DNA of 64,000 bases from Clostridia bacterium. GTDB lineage: Bacteria; Bacillota; Clostridia; Oscillospirales; CAG-382. Location of the stretch: contig JAFSNK010000024.1 of the NCBI GenBank assembly GCA_017447445.1, positions 30,877 to 94,876 on the forward strand, written 5' to 3'. Position 1 is the first letter of the stretch. Each line of letters starts with the position of its first letter. Made by a program: the position numbers and the translations under genes. The notes beneath the pieces were generated by a model. That model was not told where the DNA came from. It did no database searches and was given only the letters and a program-made list of their open reading frames with translations. Positions 17,437 through 26,646 of the stretch are shown here, piece after piece.

Positions 17437-18216
17437 ATGCCGGAGATACAAAAGAAAAAAACCTCCCCAGCGACGGTCGCGGGGATAATCATACTTATCG
17501 CGGCGCTTGCGGCGATGGCGGTTTACTTCATATTCATATTTTCGCCGAAGAAGGCGGAGGAGGAAGTATCCGCCGACCCGGCTTCCGCGCCGGTGTTCTC
17601 GGCGCCCGAAAGCTCCGAACCGGAGGAGATCTCCGCGGAGCTTAAAACCACGCTTGCGGAAGCCGAGGCGGGCGACCTCGTTCGCTATGGCAATTATATT
17701 CAGATACCGGGCGCAAACGCGGACGGCGACGTTTCGCCTATCGAATGGATAGTGCTGGATAAGCAGGAGGACCGGCTTTTGCTTTTAAGCTACCGCGTGC
17801 TTGAGATCTGGAGCTACGACGATTCGCGCGAGAGCGGCATAACCGGTTTTTCGCAAAGCGGGCTGTGCAAAAACCTCGACAGGTATTTTTACGGATCCGC
17901 GTTCAGCGAATCGGAGCGCGAATACATTCTGGGCGAAGAGGGGCAAAAGGTGTTTATACTTACCGCCGCGGAAGCCGAAAAATATTTAACGCCCGATTCC
18001 CACCGCATCGCGAGGGCGACTCACACCGCCGCCGACCACCACGGCAGGGACGATTCCAAGCCGATCGAATGGTGGCTCGCGGATATTACTTCCCCGGGCT
18101 TTGCCGCCTACGTTTATACCGACGGCTCGATACGCCTTAAAGGCCTTGCTTTTGATTACGACAAAGTGGGCGTTCGCCCGGCGATCTGGGTGAGCGCGGA
18201 AGCGGAAGCGGAATAA
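17437..18216 (+). CDS. Membrane-anchored extracellular protein (DUF6273-like)
   Basis: N-terminal TM anchor, an acidic linker, then ..SPIEWIVLDKQEDRLLLLS.., ..KVFILTAAEAEKYL.., ..IEWWLADITSPG.. and GVRPAIWVS. Confidence 0.6.
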   Translation: MPEIQKKKTSPATVAGIIILIAALAAMAVYFIFIFSPKKAEEEVSADPASAPVFSAPESSEPEEISAELKTTLAEAEAGDLVRYGNYIQIPGANADGDVSPIEWIVLDKQEDRLLLLSYRVLEIWSYDDSRESGITGFSQSGLCKNLDRYFYGSAFSESEREYILGEEGQKVFILTAAEAEKYLTPDSHRIARATHTAADHHGRDDSKPIEWWLADITSPGFAAYVYTDGSIRLKGLAFDYDKVGVRPAIWVSAEAEAE

Positions 18217-18250
18217 ATGCAACTAATTTAAAAAAATTTTGAAAAAAGTA

Positions 18251-18279
18251 TTGCAATTTGAATAATTGCGTGTTATACT
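18251..18279 (+). promoter_or_regulatory. Candidate promoter for rpmE
   Basis: TTGCAA (18251-18256), a 17-nt spacer and TATACT (18274-18279). Confidence 0.55.
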
Positions 18280-18336
18280 GTGCTTTGCGTAATCGTGGGC
18301 TTATGCCCTTACTATATGAAAGAGAGGACCGAAGAA

Positions 18337-18537
18337 ATGAAGCAGGGTATCCATCCCGAATACAAGACCACTACCATTAAATGTGCTTGTGGCGCGGAAT
18401 ATGTTACCAAATCCGTAAAGGATAACGTCAAGGTCGATATATGCTCTAAATGTCATCCGTTCTTCACCGGCAAGCAGAAGCTTGTCGACGCAGGTGGACG
18501 CGTTGATAAATTCAAGAAGAAGTTCAACCTCGACTAA
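18337..18537 (+). CDS. rpmE: 50S ribosomal protein L31
   Basis: [54 protein letters not shown], the canonical Zn-ribbon form of L31. Confidence 0.95.
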   Translation: MKQGIHPEYKTTTIKCACGAEYVTKSVKDNVKVDICSKCHPFFTGKQKLVDAGGRVDKFKKKFNLD

Positions 18538-18553
18538 ACATTTTCGTAAAGAC

Positions 18554-18582
18554 CGCGGCACTTTTGTGCCGCGTTTCTTTTT
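18554..18582 (+). terminator. Intrinsic terminator after rpmE
   Basis: CGCGGCAC-UUUU-GUGCCGCG followed by UUUCUUUUU. Confidence 0.75.
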
Positions 18583-18602
18583 GCAGGAAGAAAGGTGTTT
18601 TT

Positions 18603-19880
18603 ATGCCGGAAATAAGGAATATTACCGATGAACTAAAAAGCGGCGAGAACCGCGCCGTGCTCGTTTCTGTATGCACAAAAGACGATACGGAGGAAACGTG
18701 TCTGCGGTCGCTGGACGAGCTGGCGCGCCTGCTGGAGACCGCGGGCGGCACAGAAGCCGGGCGGATGGTGCAGAACCGCGAAACGCCCGACAGGGCGACT
18801 TTTATCGGCAGCGGCAAGCTGGCGGAGCTGGCGGAGTTTATTAAAAACGACGGCGGGATAAAGCTTGCCGTGTTCGACAACGAGCTTACCCCTTCGCAGA
18901 TCGCGAATATAGAAAAAGAGCTGCCGGACGTGCGCGTTATCGACAGAACCATGCTTATTCTGGACATATTCGCGCTGCACGCCGTTACCGGAGAAGGCAA
19001 GCTGCAGGTGGAGATCGCCTGCCTGCAATACACCGCGCCGCGCCTTGTCGGCCGCGGGAAGGAATTAAGCCGTCTGGGCGGCGGCATAGGCACGCGCGGA
19101 CCCGGCGAATCGAAGCTGGAAAGCGACAGGCGGCACCTTAAACGCCGCATCGCCGCGCTTAAAAACGAAATAGAAAGCATCGAGCGCACGCGCGAGGTAC
19201 AACGCGCCGCGAGGAAGCGTTCCGGAATGATTACGGCGGCGATAATCGGCTATACCAACGCCGGGAAATCCACGCTACTGAACCGGCTTACCGACGCGGG
19301 CATACTCGCGGAGGACAAGCTTTTCGCCACGCTGGACCCCACCACGCGCCGGCTCGCGCTGCCATCCGGCGCGGAAATGCTGCTGGTGGACACGGTCGGT
19401 TTTATCGACAGACTGCCGACTCAGCTTGTAAAAGCTTTTAAATCCACGCTGGAGGAGCTTAAATACGCCGACCTGCTGATACACCTTACCGACGCGGGCG
19501 AGGACGCGGACGAACGCGCCCGCAAGCACGCGGTGGTAACTCAGCTTATAGAAGAGCTCGGCGCCGGGGACAAGCCGGTGCTGGAGGTGTTCAACAAATG
19601 CGATCTCGCCCTGCGCGACATCCCCTTCCCCGCCGGAGCCGTGGAGATATCCGCCAAAAACGGCGAGGGGATCGAAGAACTGCTCTCCCATCTGGACGGG
19701 ATCGCCGCGAACGGCAAAAAGCGGCTCGAGCTGTTCTTCCCCTACGGCGAAATGTCCGCCTACAACGACCTTCCGCGTTTTGCGACGGTGATCTCCCACG
19801 AGTTCACCGACGACGGCGTTAAGGCGACCGCCGACTGCGACGAGCGCGCGCAGGGTATGTTCAAAAGATTTGTGAAATGA
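18603..19880 (+). CDS. hflX: GTPase HflX
   Basis: HflX N-domain (..LVGRGKELSRLGGGIGTRGPGESKLE.DRR..) followed by the G-domain GYTNAGKSTLLN, DTVGF and NKCD. Confidence 0.9.
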   Translation: MPEIRNITDELKSGENRAVLVSVCTKDDTEETCLRSLDELARLLETAGGTEAGRMVQNRETPDRATFIGSGKLAELAEFIKNDGGIKLAVFDNELTPSQIANIEKELPDVRVIDRTMLILDIFALHAVTGEGKLQVEIACLQYTAPRLVGRGKELSRLGGGIGTRGPGESKLESDRRHLKRRIAALKNEIESIERTREVQRAARKRSGMITAAIIGYTNAGKSTLLNRLTDAGILAEDKLFATLDPTTRRLALPSGAEMLLVDTVGFIDRLPTQLVKAFKSTLEELKYADLLIHLTDAGEDADERARKHAVVTQLIEELGAGDKPVLEVFNKCDLALRDIPFPAGAVEISAKNGEGIEELLSHLDGIAANGKKRLELFFPYGEMSAYNDLPRFATVISHEFTDDGVKATADCDERAQGMFKRFVK

Positions 19881-19895
19881 CCGTATAAACGAAAA

Positions 19896-19929
19896 GGACC
19901 CGCCGGGCTGCCCCCGCGGGTCCTTTATT
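19896..19929. terminator. Bidirectional terminator between hflX and yegP
   Basis: GGACCCGC..GCGGGUCC stem flanked by AAAA on the 5' side and UUUAUU on the 3' side. Confidence 0.7.
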
Positions 19930-19959
19930 ATGCTTTGGATATCGCGCTGCCTGAAAAGC

Positions 19960-20334
19960 TTATTTCTCTTCTTTTTCGATCTTGCCTTCGGCGGCGTTCT
20001 TGCGGACCGATTCGATGCCGTTCTTGCAGCTTGCCATTGCCTTGTAGCCCTCGGAAACGGCGATTATCTGGCCGTTGGTGGCTTTAAGACGGAAGCGGAA
20101 TTCGCCCTTCTTGTCGGTGTAGATCTCGAACTTCGGGTTCTTGGCGACTTCGTAACCTTCGACTGTCTGATCCTCGATATTGGCGACGGGGGCGTTCTTT
20201 ATAACGCTGTTGACGCCGTTGCGGCAGGCGGCTTCGGTGGTGTAGACTTCGGAGGTGGCGATGATCTCGCCGTTGCCGGCCTTGAGGTTGAATTTCACGC
20301 CGGTATTGGTCTCTTTAATAACGAATTTTCCCAT
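19960..20334 (-). CDS. yegP: YegP family protein (tandem DUF1508)
   Basis: MGKFVIKETNTGVKFNLKAGNGEIIATSEVYTTEAACRNGVNSV.. and a second repeat ..FEIYTDKKGEFRFRLKATNGQIIAVSEGYKAMASCKNGIESV. Confidence 0.8.
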   Translation of the reverse strand: MGKFVIKETNTGVKFNLKAGNGEIIATSEVYTTEAACRNGVNSVIKNAPVANIEDQTVEGYEVAKNPKFEIYTDKKGEFRFRLKATNGQIIAVSEGYKAMASCKNGIESVRKNAAEGKIEKEEK

Positions 20335-20413
20335 AGTGGATTTCCTTTCTTTTGTTAAATATTTTAATTCTGTTGATATTATAACACTATTTTTTTCCAT
20401 TGTCAACAAAATG

Positions 20414-22105
20414 TCAACATTTTTCGGTCATCTCGCACACAAAAGCGGAAAACGGCGGCAGAACGAGGTTTTCGCCAGATTTTTCAAACGGCTTTTCGTA
20501 GTTCGCTATAAACACTTCGCCCGGGGCGAAATCTGCCTTTATGCTTAACGGGCAGGGCGAGAAGGAGCAGACGACGGCGACTTCCCTGCCATCTTTTATG
20601 CGCTTGTAGGCGATGATATCCGGGTAATCGAGCAACAGCGGAGCAATATCGCCCAGAGTCAGCTGCGCGCCGGGATATTCGCTTTTGCGCAGAGCGACCA
20701 TTTTTTTGTAGTAATTGAGCACGCTGCCGGGATCCTTCGCTTCGTCGGCGGCGTTGAATTCCAAATAGCGCGGGTGCGGCTTCATCCAGGGTTTTCCGGT
20801 GGTGAATCCGCCGTTTTTGCCGGGCCCCCACGGGAAGGGGACGCGCCCGTTGTCGCGGCTGTAGCGGTTCACGGCTTTAATTGCTTCCTCCGGCGTAAGG
20901 CCGTCCGCGAGCGAGATGCGGTAGTGGTTCTTTGTGGAGATATCGTCCACGTCGTCTATGCTTTCGAACACGGTGTTCGTCATGCCGAGCTCCTCGCCCT
21001 GATAGATGAACGGTATCCCGCGGAGGAAGAAGAACAGCGTGCCCAGCATCTTCTGCGTGAGCGGGCTCTGATATTCGTGCGGGATGAATTTTTCGCAGGC
21101 GCGGGGGTAATCGTGGTTCTCGAAATACACGGCGCCGAAGCCGATCTTCTGAGTCTCGAGCTGCGAGGCGAACATCTTGTCGCGCAGCAGCGATATCGGC
21201 CATTCCCACGCCTTCTTGCAGGTGTGCCAGGTGTGTCCGTGGTTGTAAAGCTCGGAATAAGTAAAATCGAACAGCGTGCTGAAATAGCCGTTTTCGCCTA
21301 TGTAATCGCCGAGCTGGTCGTAGGGCACGCCCGCCGCCTCCGCCACGGTGATGCAGTCGTAGCGGTCGAAGGTGTTTTCGCGCAGCTCGGTAAGCAGGTC
21401 GCCTATGCCGGGATAGTTGCGCGTGGGGGCGAAGCAGCCGACCATACCGTCCGGTCCGTCGGGCGGGAGCGAGGCGAGCGTGGGCTCCTTTTTGATATGC
21501 GTTATCGCGTCGATACGGAAGCCGCCCAGCCCTTTATCCAGCCACCAGCGTATCATTTCGTAAAGCTTTTCGCGCAGTTTCGGGTTTTCCCAGTTCAGGT
21601 CCGGCTGTTTTTTGGAAAACAGGTGCAGATACCACCTGCCGTCCGGGACCTGCTCCCACGCGCTGCCGCCGAACATCGAACGCCAGTTGTTGGGCGGGTT
21701 GCCGTCGTCCGTGCGGCGGAACCAGAAATAAGAAGCCTCCTCGCAATCCGGGTCCGCGAGAGCGCGTTTGAACCAGACGTGTTCGTCGGAGCAGTGATTC
21801 AGCACGAGGTCCATTATAATGCGTATCCCGCGCTTTTTCGCCTCCGCAAGCAGTTCGTCCATATCCTCCATGGTGCCGAACATCGGGTTGATGCTGTAAT
21901 AATCCGAAATGTCGTATCCGCCGTCGTCCATCGGAGAGGCGTAGACCGGGCAGATCCAGACGTAATCGACGCCGAGGTCTTTAAGATAATCGAGCTTTGA
22001 GGTGATGCCTTTCAGATCGCCGGTGCCGTCGCCGTTCGAATCCATAAAGCTGCGCGGATAGATCTGATAGGCGACTTTCTTTTTCCATTCTTCGTTTTTA
22101 CGCAT
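20414..22105 (-). CDS. GH13 alpha-glucosidase / oligo-1,6-glucosidase
   Basis: YQIYPRSFMDSNGDGTGDLKGI, DLVLNHCSDEH, GFRIDAITHI and YFENHDYPR are conserved GH13 regions I-IV. Confidence 0.85.
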   Translation of the reverse strand: MRKNEEWKKKVAYQIYPRSFMDSNGDGTGDLKGITSKLDYLKDLGVDYVWICPVYASPMDDGGYDISDYYSINPMFGTMEDMDELLAEAKKRGIRIIMDLVLNHCSDEHVWFKRALADPDCEEASYFWFRRTDDGNPPNNWRSMFGGSAWEQVPDGRWYLHLFSKKQPDLNWENPKLREKLYEMIRWWLDKGLGGFRIDAITHIKKEPTLASLPPDGPDGMVGCFAPTRNYPGIGDLLTELRENTFDRYDCITVAEAAGVPYDQLGDYIGENGYFSTLFDFTYSELYNHGHTWHTCKKAWEWPISLLRDKMFASQLETQKIGFGAVYFENHDYPRACEKFIPHEYQSPLTQKMLGTLFFFLRGIPFIYQGEELGMTNTVFESIDDVDDISTKNHYRISLADGLTPEEAIKAVNRYSRDNGRVPFPWGPGKNGGFTTGKPWMKPHPRYLEFNAADEAKDPGSVLNYYKKMVALRKSEYPGAQLTLGDIAPLLLDYPDIIAYKRIKDGREVAVVCSFSPCPLSIKADFAPGEVFIANYEKPFEKSGENLVLPPFSAFVCEMTEKC

Positions 22106-22196
22106 ATATATTCCCTTCCTTTCGGCTTATATAACGAATATAACATATAATTCATAATAATACAATAATTAACGCTAAAATTTCGGTGAAAAACTA

Positions 22197-22225
22197 TTGA
22201 AAAATCGTTTTGTATGTGTTACAAT
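22197..22225 (+). promoter_or_regulatory. Candidate promoter of the hydrogenase operon
   Basis: TTGAAA (22197-22202), a 17-nt spacer and TACAAT (22220-22225). A ~100-nt leader follows before the AGGAGG RBS. Confidence 0.55.
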
Positions 22226-22326
22226 TCATTGGATAGGCACGGACGCGGGATCATCCGCGGCGAAAGCCGTTCCTGTCGCGTAAAACGAAATAAAAAAACG
22301 TAATAAACCATTCAGGAGGACACGAA

Positions 22327-22803
22327 ATGGCAATGACCAAAGAACAGATCGCGGCTAAAACAGAGGAGCTGGAGGCGTACATAGCCGAAAACAAGGATAT
22401 GCAGGGCGTGCTTATTCCCGTTATGCAGAAGGCGCAGGAGCTGTTCGGCTATCTTTCTTTCGAGACGATGCAGCTTATTTCCGACCGTCTCAACGTACCC
22501 GTCGCCGAGATCTACGGCGTGGCGACTTTCTACGCTCTGTTTTCGCTGCAGCCCAAGGGCGATAACGTTATAAGCGTCTGCACCGGTACCGCCTGCTACG
22601 TAAAGGGCGCGGCGGACGTTCTGAACGCGGTTAAATCCACGCTCGGGATAGAAGCCGGCGAAACCACCCCGGACGGCAAATTCAGCATTCAGGACACCCG
22701 CTGCCTCGGCTGCTGCGGACTCGCCCCGGTTATGACCGTGAACGGCGAAGTGTTCGGCAGACTCACCCCCGCCGACGTTCCCGGCATACTTGCGAAGTAT
22801 TGA
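22327..22803 (+). CDS. NuoE-like [2Fe-2S] subunit of NAD(H)-dependent [FeFe] hydrogenase (HydC/HndA-like)
   Basis: Thioredoxin-like [2Fe-2S] pattern ..VCTGTACYVKG..CLGCCGLAPVMTVNGE... Confidence 0.8.
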   Translation: MAMTKEQIAAKTEELEAYIAENKDMQGVLIPVMQKAQELFGYLSFETMQLISDRLNVPVAEIYGVATFYALFSLQPKGDNVISVCTGTACYVKGAADVLNAVKSTLGIEAGETTPDGKFSIQDTRCLGCCGLAPVMTVNGEVFGRLTPADVPGILAKY

Positions 22804-22824
22804 TGTTTTCGCGGGAATAAAATT

Positions 22825-23175
22825 ATGAAGATAAGAGAAATTGCATCGCTCGCGGGGGCGGAAGTGCTTGCCTGCGGCGAACTGCTGGATACCGAGGTGT
22901 TCTCGGCGTGCGGCAGCGATATGATGAGCGACGTCCTGGCGTTTGTGAAAGACCAGGGCTTGCTTATCACCGGGCTTGTGAACACCCAGGTCGTGCGCAC
23001 CGCGGAAATGATGGATATGCGCGCGATACTGTTCGTTCGCAACAAACGCCCGACGCCCGAAATAATCGAGCTTGCCGAAAAATGCGAGATCGTCGTTATG
23101 GCGAGCCCGCTGCGTATGTTCGAGGCCTGCGGCCTGATCTATGAATCGGGGCTGAAAGGCACGGCGCTTAAATGA
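22825..23175 (+). CDS. DRTGG domain protein
   Basis: 116 aa with ..GSDMMSDVLAFVKDQGLLITGLVNTQVVRTAEMMDMRAILFVR.. in a DRTGG-like pattern. Confidence 0.6.
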   Translation: MKIREIASLAGAEVLACGELLDTEVFSACGSDMMSDVLAFVKDQGLLITGLVNTQVVRTAEMMDMRAILFVRNKRPTPEIIELAEKCEIVVMASPLRMFEACGLIYESGLKGTALK

Positions 23176-23594
23176 GCGCCCCGCTGAAGCTGCATTTCGA
23201 CATCGACGGAGAGAATTTCACCTCCGCCGGCGAAGCGTCGGTCAAAGTGAAAAAGTGGCTCCGCCAGCTCGGACTGCCGCAGGACATTATACGCAGAGTC
23301 GCCATCGCGATGTACGAGGGCGAGATAAATATGGTGATACACGCAAGCGGCGGATACGCCGAAGTCACCGTGTTCCCGGACAGGATAGAGATAATCCTGT
23401 GCGACAAGGGACCGGGGATAAAGGACGTCGAGCTCGCCATGCAGGCGGGGTATTCCACCGCGCCGGAGCGCATACGCTCGCTCGGGTTCGGCGCCGGGAT
23501 GGGGCTGCCGAACATGAAGGCGAATTCCGACACGATGAAGATCAATACCGAAATAGGAGTGGGGACCACGATCACGATGACCGTGAATATGTGA
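23172..23594 (+). CDS. GHKL ATPase-like protein (RsbW/SpoIIAB-type anti-sigma kinase fold)
   Basis: 140 aa with ..EGEINMVIHA.., DKGPGI and GFGAGMGLPNM (N, G1 and G2 box-like). ATGA overlap with the upstream gene. Confidence 0.6.
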   Translation: MSAPLKLHFDIDGENFTSAGEASVKVKKWLRQLGLPQDIIRRVAIAMYEGEINMVIHASGGYAEVTVFPDRIEIILCDKGPGIKDVELAMQAGYSTAPERIRSLGFGAGMGLPNMKANSDTMKINTEIGVGTTITMTVNM

Positions 23595-23634
23595 CCGCCG
23601 CCGCTTCTGTTTTACCCCACCATAAGGATACGAT

Positions 23635-24942
23635 ATGGAAAACGTTACTTACAACCACAGCGTTTCGCTGAACCCCGATAAATGCGTCGGCTGCACGAGC
23701 TGCCTTAAACGCTGCCCTACCGAGGTGATACGTATAAGGAACGGCAAGGCGCAGATCAACGCCGAAAAGTGCATCGACTGCGGCGAATGTATCCGTATGT
23801 GCACCCACAAAGCGAAAAAGGCGGTCTACGACCACTTCGAAGCGCTGGACGGGTTCAAATGGAAGATCGCGCTGCCCGCGCCTTCGCTTTACGGACAGTT
23901 CAACAATCTTTACGACCTCGATTATTTAATAGAGGGGCTTTACCGATTGGGGTTCGACGACGTTTACGAAGTCGCCTGCGCCGCGGAGATAGTTACCGGG
24001 TACACCCGCCACTATCTTATGCAGCCGGGCGTGAAGAAACCGGTGATCAGCTCCGCCTGCCCCGAGGTGGTACGGCTTATAAGTCTGCGCTACCCGGAGC
24101 TGTGCGACCATCTGCTGCCAATTAAATCCCCGATGGAGATCGCGGCGATGGAAGCGCGCAAAAAGGCCCTGCGCGAGCATCCGGAGTTCAAAAGCGAGGA
24201 TATAGGGATAGCTTTCATATCCCCCTGCCCCGCAAAGATAAGCTTTGTGAAGAACCGCCCCGCGGACGACAGGACCGACGTGGACGTGGTGCTGGCTATG
24301 TCGGAGGTTTATTTTTCGATGCTGAACGTGATGAACGCCGACGAACCGCCCAAACATTCATCCTCTTCCGGGATGATCGGCGTGGGCTGGGCTTCCTCCG
24401 GCGGAGAATCGACGGCGCTTTTCAACGAAAAATACCTTGCCGCCGACGGCATAGAGAACGTTATTATGGTCCTTGACCACTTGGAAGACGATTCGCTTTC
24501 CGAACTGGAGTTCATAGAGCTGAACGCCTGCAACGGCGGCTGCTCCGGCGGCGTGCTCGCGGTGGAGAACCCGTATATCGCCAACGCGCGGCTTACCAAC
24601 CTTCGCCGCACGCTGCCCATCGCGAACAACGTTATACGCAACAAGGACGGCGACGCAGTCACCGTTCCGGAAGAATACGTTATGCGCCCGGTGGAATATA
24701 TCCCCGGCACGCCTTTGGGCAAAACGCTGGGCGAATCGCTGGAGAAGATGGCGAAGATCGAAAAGATATATCAGCGCCTGCCGGACCACGACTGCGGCTC
24801 CTGCGGGGCTCCGACCTGCCGCGCTTTTGCCGAAGACGTGGTGAAGGGCGAGGTGACCGAGGACGAATGCATAGTGAATATGCGGTCGCTGATCGACGAA
24901 ATGGCGAAAAAGCTCAATCCCGATATATTCAAAAACCCTTAA
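23635..24942 (+). CDS. [FeFe]-hydrogenase-like putative sensory protein (HydS-like, no PAS domain)
   Basis: N-terminal 2x[4Fe-4S] domain (CVGCTSCLKRCP, CIDCGECIRMC). H-domain motifs are SSACPEVV, ISPCPAKISF and ELNACNGGCSGG. Extra C-terminal motif CGSCGAPTCRAF..EDEC. Confidence 0.75.
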   Translation: MENVTYNHSVSLNPDKCVGCTSCLKRCPTEVIRIRNGKAQINAEKCIDCGECIRMCTHKAKKAVYDHFEALDGFKWKIALPAPSLYGQFNNLYDLDYLIEGLYRLGFDDVYEVACAAEIVTGYTRHYLMQPGVKKPVISSACPEVVRLISLRYPELCDHLLPIKSPMEIAAMEARKKALREHPEFKSEDIGIAFISPCPAKISFVKNRPADDRTDVDVVLAMSEVYFSMLNVMNADEPPKHSSSSGMIGVGWASSGGESTALFNEKYLAADGIENVIMVLDHLEDDSLSELEFIELNACNGGCSGGVLAVENPYIANARLTNLRRTLPIANNVIRNKDGDAVTVPEEYVMRPVEYIPGTPLGKTLGESLEKMAKIEKIYQRLPDHDCGSCGAPTCRAFAEDVVKGEVTEDECIVNMRSLIDEMAKKLNPDIFKNP

Positions 24943-24955
24943 GGAGCATCGGACA

Positions 24956-25285
24956 ATGACAGCCGGAGAACTCGCACAAGAGCTTTCGCTCAATATACTT
25001 TGTCTGCCTCACCCGGAACGCGAAGTTACCGGCGGCTTTGCCGGAGACCTTTTGAGCTGGGTGATGGGCGGCGCCAAAGAGGGCGACGCGTGGGTGACGA
25101 TAATGTCCAACCTGAACGTGGTCGCCGTCGCGTCGCTGTGCGACACGGCGTGCGTCGTGCTGGCTTCCGACACGGTGCTTGACGAAAAGGACCTTAAGAC
25201 CGCGGAGGAAAAAGAGATAAACGTGCTTAATTCCCCGCTGCCCGAATTCGAGCTTTGCGTTAAGATAGGCGAGCTTCTGAAATGA
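24956..25285 (+). CDS. DRTGG domain protein (second copy)
   Basis: 109 aa with ..AGDLLSWVMGGAKEGDAWVTIMSNLNVVAVASL... AAGGAG RBS. Confidence 0.55.
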   Translation: MTAGELAQELSLNILCLPHPEREVTGGFAGDLLSWVMGGAKEGDAWVTIMSNLNVVAVASLCDTACVVLASDTVLDEKDLKTAEEKEINVLNSPLPEFELCVKIGELLK

Positions 25286-26019
25286 ATCCGTACTACTACG
25301 ACCTGCACACCCATTCGGCGCTTTCGCCCTGCGGCGACAACGCGATGACGCCCAACAGTCTGGCGGGAATGGCTTCGCTGGCGGGGATACAGGTGCTTGC
25401 GCTGACCGACCACAACACCGCGAAGAACTGCAAGGCGTTCTTTGCCGCCTGCAAGCGCTACGGGGTGGTCCCGGTCGGCGGGATGGAGCTCACCACGGCG
25501 GAGGAGATACACGTCGTCTGCCTGTTTCCCACGCTGGAAGCCGCGCTGGATTTCGATTCCGCGGTGGAAAAGCGCCGGATGAAGATCGAAAACAAGCCGG
25601 AGATATTCGGCGATCAGCTTATTATGGACGACGAGGACAACGTGATCGGCACCGACCCTTGGTTTTTGCCCGCGGCGACGGAGATATCGCTTGCGGAAGC
25701 GCCGGAGCTGGTGCGCCGCCACGGCGGGATATGCTACCCGGCGCACATCGAAAGGCCGGCAGGCGGCGTGATACCGATACTGGGCGATTTTCCGCCGGAC
25801 GTTCCTTTTGCGAGCTACGAGCTGCACGATATGTCGCTACGCGCGGAATACGAAGAAAAGTTCCCGGTTTTGAAAGGTCTGAACTGCGTTTGCAGCTCCG
25901 ACGCGCACTATCTGGAGCAGATACGCGACGCGGAGCATTCGCTTATGCTCGACGACGAGCCCTACAGCTCCGCGATGCTGCGGATAAGTCTTCTGAAGCG
26001 GCTCGGAAACAAACCTTAA
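25282..26019 (+). CDS. PHP-domain phosphoesterase
   Basis: YYDLHTHSALSPCG.. and ..LALTDHNT.. are PHP metal-binding His motifs. ATGA overlap with the upstream gene. Confidence 0.7.
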   Translation: MNPYYYDLHTHSALSPCGDNAMTPNSLAGMASLAGIQVLALTDHNTAKNCKAFFAACKRYGVVPVGGMELTTAEEIHVVCLFPTLEAALDFDSAVEKRRMKIENKPEIFGDQLIMDDEDNVIGTDPWFLPAATEISLAEAPELVRRHGGICYPAHIERPAGGVIPILGDFPPDVPFASYELHDMSLRAEYEEKFPVLKGLNCVCSSDAHYLEQIRDAEHSLMLDDEPYSSAMLRISLLKRLGNKP

Positions 26020-26031
26020 GGGGGCCGCAGC

Positions 26032-26586
26032 GTGAAGGAATTATCGCTTAACATACTCGACATAGCGCAGAACTCGGTGAAAGCCGGGGCGAAGAACATT
26101 GAAATATCGCTTGCCGAGGAAGGAAACCGGCTTACATTCAGGATAACCGACGACGGCTGCGGTATGAGCGAAGATTTTCTGGCAAGAGTGCTCGACCCGT
26201 TCACCACAACGCGCACCACGCGCAAGGTCGGGCTGGGGCTTCCGCTTCTGAAAATGGCGGCGGAGGCGACGGGCGGTTCGCTGGAGATAAGCTCCCGAAG
26301 CGAAAAGGAGCACGCCGACCACGGCACCGAGGTCACCGCGACGTTTTACACCGACCATATAGACTGCCCGCCTTTGGGCGATATAGTTTCGACGGTCGTA
26401 CTGCTTTTACAGAACGCGCCGTTCGAACCGAGATACGTATATTCCCACAGCAAGGGCGAAAACGTGTTTTCGCTGGATACCGACGAGCTGCACGAGCAGC
26501 TCGGCCCGGACATCCCTCTTTCCGAACCCGCGGTGCTTGAATTTACAGAAAGCTATCTGCGCGAAGGCGAGGAAGGGCTTGGATAA
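26032..26586 (+). CDS. GHKL (histidine-kinase-like) ATPase domain protein
   Basis: LNILDIAQNSVKAG.., ITDDGCGM and ..KVGLGLPLLK... GTG start after AAGGGGG. Confidence 0.65.
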   Translation: MKELSLNILDIAQNSVKAGAKNIEISLAEEGNRLTFRITDDGCGMSEDFLARVLDPFTTTRTTRKVGLGLPLLKMAAEATGGSLEISSRSEKEHADHGTEVTATFYTDHIDCPPLGDIVSTVVLLLQNAPFEPRYVYSHSKGENVFSLDTDELHEQLGPDIPLSEPAVLEFTESYLREGEEGLG

Positions 26587-26646
26587 ACGCTTTTAATACG
26601 AAAAAAAATAAAAATATATAAAAAAGAAAACGAAAGGAAACCCGTA

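Noticed and set aside
22208-22225. Rex-type operator (TTGTAtgtgtTACAA) in the hydrogenase promoter
   Set aside because: It is a 5-nt-arm palindrome of 15 nt, whereas the Rex consensus I recall is an 18-nt TTGTGAA-N4-TTCACAA type. It also coincides with the -10 hexamer, so the symmetry may be fortuitous.
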